A stretch of DNA of 64,000 bases from Alphaproteobacteria bacterium (GTDB lineage Bacteria > Pseudomonadota > Alphaproteobacteria > MPNO01): positions 352,001 to 416,000 of the forward strand of contig OZ219866.1 of assembly GCA_964291675.2 (NCBI GenBank), given 5' to 3'. Below, piece by piece: positions 56,168-64,000 of the stretch (its first letter is position 1; each line of letters opens with the position of its first letter). The position numbers and the translations under genes were made by a program. The notes beneath the pieces are model-generated. The model searched no databases, was not told the DNA's origin, and saw only the letters and a list, made by a program, of their open reading frames with translations.

Positions 56168-57092
56168 GCTCGGCGTCTCGCTGGACTGCTTCTCGCCGGC
56201 GCGCGAGATCGCCGCGCAGGCCCGCGCGGCGGAGGCCGGCGGGGCGAAGACGCTGTGGATCGCGACCCATCTGTTCCTGCGCGATCCCGTCGCGCTCGCC
56301 GGCGCCGCGCTGGCCGCGACGGAGCGGCTCGAGGTCGCGCTGATGGCGCTGAGCCCGTTCTCGATCCACCCGGTCTACGCGGCGATGACGGCGGCGACGC
56401 TCGACGAGCTCTATCCCGGGCGGGTGGTGCTCTCGCTCGGGGTCGGCGCGCCGGGCGATCTGGATGCCGCCGGGATCGTCGCCGAACGTCCGCTCGCGCG
56501 GCTCGCCGAGGCGATCGGGATCTGCCGCCGGCTCTACGCCGGGGAGACCCTCGACCACGCGGGCGAGGTCTACCGGATGGGCGGGCGCGGGCTGATCAAC
56601 GCGCCGCGCGACATCCCGATCGTGCTCGCCGCGTCCGGCCCGCGCATGCTGGGCCTCGCCGGGCGGGCGGCGGACGGCGTGCTGTTGTCGACCGCGGTCT
56701 CGGTCCCGTTCCTGCGCCAGTGCATCGCGCGGCTCGGCGAGAGCCAGGCGGCGCGCTACGGCCAGGTCTATACAAGGATCGGCGAGGCCCCGGCGGAGCT
56801 CAGGCGGGCGCTCGGCTTCGTGCTGCGCGGCGCCCATCACCGGGCCAATCTCGATGCCGCGGGCGTCGCGCTCGACCAGGACGCGCTGCGTACCGCCTAT
56901 GCCGCCGGGGACTGGGCGGCGGTGGAGCGGACGATCGGCACCGACGTGCTCGCCGCCCACGCCGCCTGCGGCACGGAGGAGACCGTGCGCGCGCGCATCC
57001 GCGAATACCGTGATGCCGGGCTCGACCAGGTCATCGTCGCCGGAATCACCGAGCCCGCGGAGATCGCCCGCGTGCTGCGCGCCATCGGCTGA
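56160..57092 (+). CDS. LLM oxidoreductase (Mer / F420-dependent-like)
   Basis: WIATHLFLRDP; HPVYAAMTAATLDEL; LAASGPRMLGLAGRAADGV. Confidence 0.82.
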   Translation: MSELGVSLDCFSPAREIAAQARAAEAGGAKTLWIATHLFLRDPVALAGAALAATERLEVALMALSPFSIHPVYAAMTAATLDELYPGRVVLSLGVGAPGDLDAAGIVAERPLARLAEAIGICRRLYAGETLDHAGEVYRMGGRGLINAPRDIPIVLAASGPRMLGLAGRAADGVLLSTAVSVPFLRQCIARLGESQAARYGQVYTRIGEAPAELRRALGFVLRGAHHRANLDAAGVALDQDALRTAYAAGDWAAVERTIGTDVLAAHAACGTEETVRARIREYRDAGLDQVIVAGITEPAEIARVLRAIG

Positions 57093-57100
57093 AGCCGAGG

Positions 57101-57211
57101 GTCCTTCGATACGCCCGCCTGCGGCGGGCTACTCAGGATGAGGTGAGGTTGGCGTGCCTCAAAAAAACTCTCCTCATCCCGAGTAGGCGCGCCAGCGCCG
57201 TATCGAGGGAC
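57101..57211. repeat. Alphaproteobacterial palindromic intergenic repeat
   Basis: GTCCTTCGATACG...CTACTCAGGATGAGG pairs with CCTCATCCCGAGTAG...CGTATCGAGGGAC; internal hairpins. Confidence 0.8.
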
Positions 57212-57273
57212 GCCGCGCCGCTTCGACTTCGCGGGGCGATGCTCTAGTCTTCCGGCGCTTTGGGGGTGACGAC

Positions 57274-57930
57274 ATGACGACCGAAAACCTGGTTCTCTGG
57301 GGCGCCGGCACGATGCGGACGCACCGCACGCTGTGGCTCGCCGAAGAGCTCGGCCTGGACTACGAGCACTGCCCGATCGGCCCGCGCACCGGCGAGACCA
57401 AGACCGACGAGTTCCTCGCCATCAACCCGCGCCACAAGATCCCGGCCATGGTCCACGGCGACATCTGCCTGACCGAGAGCGCCGCGATCATGAGCTACAT
57501 GAGCGAGACGTTCCCGGCACCGGATCGCGTCTTCGTGCCAAAGGATGCGCTCGGGCGGGCGCGGCTGCTGGAGTGGTGTTTCTTCACCATGAGCGAGCTC
57601 GACGCCAACGCGATCTACAGCATCCGGCGGCATGGCGACCTGGTCCAGGAATACGGCGCATCGCCGATCGCCGTGCGCGCGGCGATCGAGTATTTCGACC
57701 ACCAGCTCGAACGGATGAAGGAGCGGATCGTCGCGTCCGGCCGGTTCCTGATGGGGGAGAAGATCAGCATCGCCGACATCCTGTTCATGTCCTGCCTCGA
57801 CGCCGCCGAGCGCTACGAGCTCGCCCTGCCGGACTGGTTGCGCGACTACCGCATCCGCATGCGGTCGCGCCCGGCCTATGCGGAGACCTACCCGCGCAAC
57901 TATGGCGGCCGCGCCGCGCCGGAGGTCTGA
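57274..57930 (+). CDS. Glutathione S-transferase
   Basis: FLAINPRHKIP; LTESAAI; SIADI. Confidence 0.9.
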   Translation: MTTENLVLWGAGTMRTHRTLWLAEELGLDYEHCPIGPRTGETKTDEFLAINPRHKIPAMVHGDICLTESAAIMSYMSETFPAPDRVFVPKDALGRARLLEWCFFTMSELDANAIYSIRRHGDLVQEYGASPIAVRAAIEYFDHQLERMKERIVASGRFLMGEKISIADILFMSCLDAAERYELALPDWLRDYRIRMRSRPAYAETYPRNYGGRAAPEV

Positions 57931-57933
57931 GCC

Positions 57934-59136
57934 ATGCCCGGACCGCTCGACGGGGTTCGCGTCCTCGACCTGACGACCATGGTCTCGGGCCCGGTGGCGA
58001 CGATGATGCTCGCCGACCAGGGCGCCGACGTGATCAAGATCGAATCGCCCGCCGGCGACATCATGCGGCAATACGGCCTCGTCCACCGCGGCATGTCGGC
58101 CTCGTTCCTGTCCTGCAACCGCTCGAAGCGCTCGCTCTGCGTCGACCTCAAGACCGAGGAGGGGCTCGCCATCCTGCGCCGGCTGGCGGCGACCGCGGAC
58201 GTGCTGGTGCAGAACTTCCGCCCCGGCGCGATCGAGCGCATGGGGCTCGGCGAGGACGCGGTCCGCGCGCTCAGGCCGGACATCGTCTTCGTCTCGATCA
58301 GCGGCTTCGGCGAGACCGGGCCCTACGCGCATCAGCGGGTCTACGATCCGATCATCCAGGCGCTCTGCGGCCTCTGCGACATCCAGGCCGACAACGAGAC
58401 CGGGCGCCCGCACATGGTGCGGACCATCGTCCCGGACAAGACGACATCGGTGACCGCGGCGCAGGCGATAACCGCCGCCCTGTTCGCCCGCGAGCGGACC
58501 GGCAAGGGCCAGCACATCCGGCTCGCCATGCTGGACACCATGGTCGCCTATCTGTGGCCGGAGGCGAGCTCGCCGCTCACCTTCCTGGAGAACGAGCAGG
58601 ACCCGGCGCAGCAACTGGCCGCGCCCGACCTGATATTCGGGACGACGGACGGCTACATCACCGCCGGCGCGGTGTCGGATTCCGAATGGGCCGGGATGTG
58701 CCGCGCCTTCGCCCGCGAGGACCTGATCGACGACCCGCGCTTCAACACCGCCGCCGCCCGCGTCCGCAACCGGGCCGAGCGCCGCACAATCATGAGCCGG
58801 GAGATCGCCAGGTGGCCGACGGCGGAAATCCTCGCCCGGCTCGACCGCGAGACCGTCCCCGCCGCCCCGGTGCTCGGGCGCTCGGCGGTGATCGAGGACG
58901 CCCAGGTGATCGAGAACCGGATCCTGGAGATCCGCGACGACCCCGAGCTCGGCCCGGTGCGCCAGCCCCGCCCGGCCGCCCGGTTCACGGAAACGCCCGC
59001 GGAAATCCGCTCGATGGCGCCCAGGCTCGGCGCCGACAACGCGGCGATCCTCGCGGAGCTCGGCTACAGCGAGGCGGAGGTGTCACGCCTCGACGAGACC
59101 GGCGTCCTGCACCGCCCGGAGACGGAGGCGGGCTGA
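57934..59136 (+). CDS. Class III CoA-transferase (CaiB/BaiF)
   Basis: LDGVRVLDL; LADQGADVIKIE; NRSKRS; NFRPG; YDPIIQ; GKGQHI. Confidence 0.92.
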   Translation: MPGPLDGVRVLDLTTMVSGPVATMMLADQGADVIKIESPAGDIMRQYGLVHRGMSASFLSCNRSKRSLCVDLKTEEGLAILRRLAATADVLVQNFRPGAIERMGLGEDAVRALRPDIVFVSISGFGETGPYAHQRVYDPIIQALCGLCDIQADNETGRPHMVRTIVPDKTTSVTAAQAITAALFARERTGKGQHIRLAMLDTMVAYLWPEASSPLTFLENEQDPAQQLAAPDLIFGTTDGYITAGAVSDSEWAGMCRAFAREDLIDDPRFNTAAARVRNRAERRTIMSREIARWPTAEILARLDRETVPAAPVLGRSAVIEDAQVIENRILEIRDDPELGPVRQPRPAARFTETPAEIRSMAPRLGADNAAILAELGYSEAEVSRLDETGVLHRPETEAG

Positions 59137-59184
59137 CGCCGCGCCGTCGCCCGCACCTGGATACGCGGCGTTGCCAGGCTGGGC

Positions 59185-59693
59185 TCACTTGTGGTCGTGG
59201 CGCTCCATGCCGGGGCCGCGCGCGGTGATCGGACGGACCGCCACCGGAACGGTGACCTTGCCGGCGTTTTGGAAGGTGAGGGTGAGAGGGAAGGTGCCAC
59301 CCTGCTCCGGCGGGCCGGCCAGCCCCATCAGCATCACGTGGTCGCCGCGGGCTTCAGCTCGGCGGCCTGGCCGGCGGGCACCGGGACCGAATCGATCCGG
59401 CGCATGCGCATCGCCCCGTCGCGCATCTCGTGGCTGTGCAGCTCGACACGCTCGGCGACGGGGGAGGACGCGCCGATGAGCCGGTCGGCCTCGGCGCCGG
59501 CATTGACGATCCCGAGATAGGCGGCCCCCGCCCGCGCCCCGCGCCCGATCCGTGCCCACGGCGCTTCTATCGTGAGGGATCCGAGCTTGTGCGCGGCCGG
59601 GCCGTCGTTCTGGGCGCGCGTTGCCGAGGCCGAAACCAGGGCGACCAGTCCCACGGCGGATACCACGGCCAGGGTCCGCAACAGTCTCGACAT
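59185..59693 (-). pseudogene. PCu(A)C copper chaperone, frameshifted near 59348
   Basis: ELHSHEMRDGAMRM...ELKP in one frame and GDHVMLMGL...LTLTF in another; adding one base restores ELKPGGDHVML. Confidence 0.8.
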
Positions 59694-59725
59694 GGTATGT
59701 CCCCGCGTTCGAGCTGCCCTCAGTC

Positions 59726-62079
59726 TCAGCCGCCCGCCGCCTCGATCAGCGCCCTGAGCCTGGGCGGGGTCATGGGGTAGTCGGCGAGCTTGATGCCGAA
59801 GGGCGAGAGCGCGTCTTCGACCGCGGCGACGATGGCGGCGGCGGCTCGACCGCGGCGACGATGGCGGCGGCGGCGGGGACGGTGCCGCATTCGCCGACCC
59901 CCTTGACCCCCAGCGGGTTGATCGGCGAGGGGGTCTCCTCGTAGCGCAGGTCGAGCCGGGTGAGCTCGGCCGCCGTCGGCATCACGTAGTCGGCGAGCGT
60001 GGTGGTGAGCGGCTGGCCGGCGGAGTCGTAGCCCATCCACTCATAGAGCGCGTTGCCGATGCCGTGCACCACCCCGCCGGTCACCTGGCCGTCGACCAGC
60101 ATCGGGTTCACGATCCGCCCGCAATCGCTGACCACGACGTAGTTGAGGAACTCGACCGCCCCGGTCTCGACGTCGACCTCGACCTCGACGGCATGGACTC
60201 CGTTGGAATAGGCGAGCCCGGACGGCTTGAAGTTGACATTGGCCTCGAGCCCGGCCTCGATGCCCTCGGGCAGCGAGTAGCCGGGGACGCCGGAGGCCGC
60301 CTCGGCGACCTCGCTCATCGGCACGGCGAGATCGGGGGCGCCGGCGACGCGGACGATGCCGTCGACGATCTCGAGGTCCTCGGGCGCCGCCTCCAGCATG
60401 TGCCCGGCGAGCCTGAGCACCCTGTCGCGCACGTCCGTGGCGGCGATATGCACCGACGAGCCGGCGGTCACGGTCTGGCGGCTCGCGAACCCGCCGAGCC
60501 CGAGCGCGACGGTGCCGGTGTCGCCGCAGACGACGTCGATCCCGGCGGGCGCCACGCCGAGCGCCTCGCCGGCGATCTGGGCCAGAATGGTCTTCAGCCC
60601 CTGGCCGATGGCGAGCGCGCCGGTAAACACCCGCACCCGGCCCGAGCGGTCGATGCGCACGATGCCGGATTCGAACGGGCCGCGACCGGTCCCCTTGAGC
60701 CCGTTGGCGATGCCGAGGCCGAGATAGCGCCCCTCCGCGCGGGCGGCGCGCTGGCGCCCGGCGAAGCCCGCCCGGTCGACCGCGTCCAGCGCCATCGCCT
60801 GGCATTTGGGAAAGTCGCCGCTATCCGCCTTGACCGGCGTCCCGGCGCGGGTCTTGAGCGGCATCTCGTAGGGCATCGCCTCGGGCGGGATCAGGTTGCG
60901 CCGGCGGATCTCGCCGCGGTCCATGCCGAGCCCGTCGGCGGCGCGGTCGAGCATGCGCTCGACGATGTAGTTGCCCTCCGGATAGCCCGCCCCGCGCACC
61001 GGCATCGAGGGGACGGCGTTGGTCTCGACCACCTTCACCGCCAGCTCGTAGCTGGGGACGATATAGGCGCCGGGGACCGAGGTGGAGGCGTTGTAGGCGA
61101 GGTTGATGCCCTGCGGCGTGTAGGCGCCCTGGTCCTGCAGCATGGTGCCGCGGATGCCGAGCAACGCGCCGTCGGCAGCCACCGCGATCTCCATCTCCCA
61201 GTACTGCTCGCGCTCCTGGATCGACCCGGTGAAGTGCTCGCGCCGGTCCTCGATCCACTTGACCGGACGGCCGAGCAGCCGCGCGGCCAGCGCGACCACG
61301 AGCTCCTCGTTGTACAGCAGGTACTTGCAGCCGAACCCGCCGCCGACATCGGGGGCGACGACGCGGATGCGGCTCTCGTCCGCGCCGAGCATCCTGACCA
61401 GCCCGGCGCGCGCCTCGTGCGACATCTGGGTCGACATCCAGATCGTGGTGCGGTCCTCGACCGGGTCGTGGCGGGCCAGCGCCCCCCTGCCCTCGATCGA
61501 ATGCGCCGCGCCGCGGTGCTGGACGAAGCTCTCCTTCGCAACATGGGCGGCGCGGGCGAAGGCGGCGTCGCAATCGCCGTAGGACTGGCCGAACTCGAGC
61601 AGCACGTTGCTCTCCTGCCCGTTGCGGACCAGCGGCGCGTCCTCGCGCGCGGCTTCGCGGCAGCCCGCCACCGACGGCAAAGGCTGGTAATCGACCTCGA
61701 CCAGCGCGGCGGCGTCCTCGGCGAGATAGCGGCTGTCGGCGATGACGACGGCCACCGCCTCGCCGACATGGCTCACCTCGTCGGAAGCCAGCACGTAGGG
61801 GGCGACGTCGTCGGCAAGCTGGTCGGTCTTGAAGCCGAGCGGCATCCGCCGCTGGGTCAGATGCGGGCGGATCTCGTCCCAGCCATAGACCGCCTGCACG
61901 CCGTCCGCGCGCGCGGCGGCGGCGCCGTCGATGCCCGCGATCCGGGCGTGCGGATGCGGGCTGCGGACGAAGGCCGCGTGCAGCGTGCCCGGGATATGGA
62001 TGTCGTCGACGAACTGCCCGCGCCCGCGCAGCAGCGCCGGATCCTCGATCCGGCGGACCCGCTCTCCGATCGCGCGCAA
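59726..62079 (-). pseudogene. Xanthine dehydrogenase-family Mo subunit with C-terminal frameshift
   Basis: DVGGGFGCK; PVRGAGY; GQG; GGFASR; KGVGE; native tail EDALSPFG...YPMTPPRL moved out of frame by a 29-bp duplication. Confidence 0.8.
59817..59874. repeat. Perfect 29-bp tandem duplication
   Basis: TCGACCGCGGCGACGATGGCGGCGGCGGC x2 (59817-59845, 59846-59874). Confidence 0.95.
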
Positions 62080-62083
62080 CGGC

Positions 62084-62617
62084 TCAGGCGCTTTTCAGAT
62101 GGGCGTCGCGGCGCTGGAACAGCTCTTCGTCGGCATAGCCCATGGTCTCCGGCCTGCCGCGCCCCAGCATGACCTGGAAATAGACCGGCTCCAGGCTGTC
62201 GTTGACGTATCCGTGCACCACGCCGGGCGGGCAGGCGGCGCATTCCCACGGGCCGAGCCGCTTCTCGATGCGCTCGCCGGTGTTCTCGTCGTCGAAGAAG
62301 ACGGTGAGATGGCCCTGGAGCACGAAGAAGATCTCTTCCACCTCGTGGGTGTGGGCGGCGTTCCCCTGGCCCGGCTCGACATACATGATCGACAGCGTGA
62401 AGCCGCGCGCCGGGATGGCCTCGGTGTCGTGGTGCTTGCCCGACCCGCCGGGGCCGATGAAGCGGTGCTGGGCGCGCTTGTAGCCCTCGATCCGGGCGTC
62501 CTCGAAGGCGGCCCAGTCGGGGGTGATGTCCCGGAAGGCGCGGGTGTAGCGTTCGGCGATCTCGTTCAACGGAACGCCCACCAGCTCGGGCGGGCGGTCG
62601 TGCCGGGCAATCGTCAT
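62084..62617 (-). CDS. Cupin domain protein
   Basis: PGQGNAAHTHEVEEIFFVLQG...CPPGVVHG. Confidence 0.88.
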   Translation of the reverse strand: MTIARHDRPPELVGVPLNEIAERYTRAFRDITPDWAAFEDARIEGYKRAQHRFIGPGGSGKHHDTEAIPARGFTLSIMYVEPGQGNAAHTHEVEEIFFVLQGHLTVFFDDENTGERIEKRLGPWECAACPPGVVHGYVNDSLEPVYFQVMLGRGRPETMGYADEELFQRRDAHLKSA

Positions 62618-62745
62618 CGGAAGCTCCTCGCAGTCTCGGCGGATGATGGCACCGGGGACGGCGGCGGACAATGCCCGGGCGAGGTTGTACCGGCCGCGGC
62701 CGGTTGATACCGTCATGCCGGGACGGAAACAAAGGAGGCGATATC

Positions 62746-63849
62746 GTGAAGGACGAGAAGATTCGCAAGACCCCGACCCGGCGGTCGTTCCTTGCCAGCA
62801 CCACCGGTCTCGGGCTGATCCTGGCGGCCGGCACGGCGCCCGCGTTCATCCGCGAGGCCGGCGCGTCCAAGATGCGCAAGGTCACGTTCATGCTGCCCTG
62901 GCTGTTCGTGGGCGGCCATTCGTTCGAGTTCGCCGCCCAGAAGATCTACTGGAAGAAGCGCGGCCTCGATGTCGCGATCTCCCGCGGCTACGGCTCGGGC
63001 GCGGCTTGCAAGACGATCTCCGCCGGCAAGGCGATGTTCGGCGAGGCGAGCTACGGCGTGATGGTCAACGGGGTCTCCAAGGGCCTCGACGTCGTGGCCA
63101 TCGGCGCCAAGCTGCAGCGGAGCCCGATCGCGATCTCGTGCCGCAAGGACTCGGGCATCAAGTCCGCCAAGGATCTCGAAGGCATGCGCGTCGTCCAGGC
63201 CGCGGCGTCGGGCGACACGGTGATGTTCCCGGGATTCGCGCGGGCCGCAGGGGTCGACAAGTCCAAGGTCAAGCAGATCATCGTGCATCCGAGCAAGCTG
63301 ATCTCGACGGTGGTCAACAAGCAGGCCGAGTGCACAGGCAGCTACTACGTGTCCAACGCGGCGACGCTGGAGATGAACACCCCGTCGGTCCATTTCCTCT
63401 ATGCCGATTTCGGCCTTCAGACCCTGGATCTCGGGCTGATCACCCGCTCCGACATGATCAAGAACGACCCGGACCTGGTGCAGGCGATGGTCGACGGCGC
63501 GATGGAGGGTCTCAAGCTCCAGATTCTCGACGCCGGCAAGGCGCTCGACACCATGATCGAGGCCAAGCCCGAGCTGAAGACCCGCGACCGCAACCTGTTG
63601 CTGACCCAGGCCGGCAACACCAACGCGCTCTGCCTCGGCCCGGCGGTGAAGGATCACGGGCTCGGCTACATGCTTGCCGACGACCGGAAGCGCACCCGCG
63701 ACGTGGTCATCAAGTACATGGAAGCCAAGAACGTCCCGCCGGTCGAAAAGCTGTTCACCAACAAGTTCGCAGGCAACATCAAGATGTCGGCGAGCGAGTA
63801 CGAGACGGCGGTCAAGATCAACGCCAAGTTCGATCCGGGCAAGGCCTGA
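62746..63849 (+). CDS. Tat-exported ABC substrate-binding protein (NMT1/THI5-like)
   Basis: TRRSFL twin-arginine motif; RGYGSG; IKSAKDLEG; AAGGAGG RBS before GTG. Confidence 0.85.
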   Translation: MKDEKIRKTPTRRSFLASTTGLGLILAAGTAPAFIREAGASKMRKVTFMLPWLFVGGHSFEFAAQKIYWKKRGLDVAISRGYGSGAACKTISAGKAMFGEASYGVMVNGVSKGLDVVAIGAKLQRSPIAISCRKDSGIKSAKDLEGMRVVQAAASGDTVMFPGFARAAGVDKSKVKQIIVHPSKLISTVVNKQAECTGSYYVSNAATLEMNTPSVHFLYADFGLQTLDLGLITRSDMIKNDPDLVQAMVDGAMEGLKLQILDAGKALDTMIEAKPELKTRDRNLLLTQAGNTNALCLGPAVKDHGLGYMLADDRKRTRDVVIKYMEAKNVPPVEKLFTNKFAGNIKMSASEYETAVKINAKFDPGKA

Positions 63850-63938
63850 CGGGCGCCCGACCGGCACCTCGACGGATCGGCAGTAGCAACCAGACCGGCC
63901 CCGGCCCGCCTTGACAGGCGGGCCGGGTTAGGGGGCCC

Positions 63939-64000
63939 ATGGCCGAGCATTCAGTCCACGTGCAGATCACCGCGCTGCGCAAGATCTACCAGACCCGCCG
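63939..64000 (+). CDS. Probable ABC ATP-binding protein (5' fragment)
   Basis: MAEHSVHVQITALRKIYQTR directly after the SBP gene; truncated by the window. Confidence 0.5.
   Translation, partial: MAEHSVHVQITALRKIYQTR

Overview
High-GC alphaproteobacterial (Rhodospirillales-like) chromosomal segment. In order: an NCS2 permease fused to an anti-sigma-like domain, an orphan higA, DUF192 and a two-domain cold-shock gene, an mrpEFG-B'BC-DD-x-D Na+/H+ antiporter operon, higBA, a form-II-like coxG-SLM-DE-xdhC-mocA molybdenum hydroxylase cluster, a cytochrome c2, amidase/isomerase and transporter genes, the core block alaC-hom-glpX-recJ-tRNA-Glu, and then about 23 kb of catabolic genes with no recognisable regulator. 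Most notable: (i) a 185-bp TA-targeting MITE inserted at codons 3-4 of the third mrpD, which keeps the upstream stop codon and supplies a new in-frame ATG; (ii) an HTH domain fused to an apparently catalytically dead, truncated acyl-CoA ligase, next to a QueG/reductive-dehalogenase-like Fe-S protein; (iii) a stand-alone Rhs-type toxin/immunity-like pair; (iv) an eutABC-like catabolic module whose racemase and cyclic amidohydrolase have remodelled active sites; (v) two adjacent frameshifted genes near 59.3-59.9 kb. No CRISPR array, rRNA, integrase or transposase was seen. All family calls come from reading motifs by eye, with no database searches.
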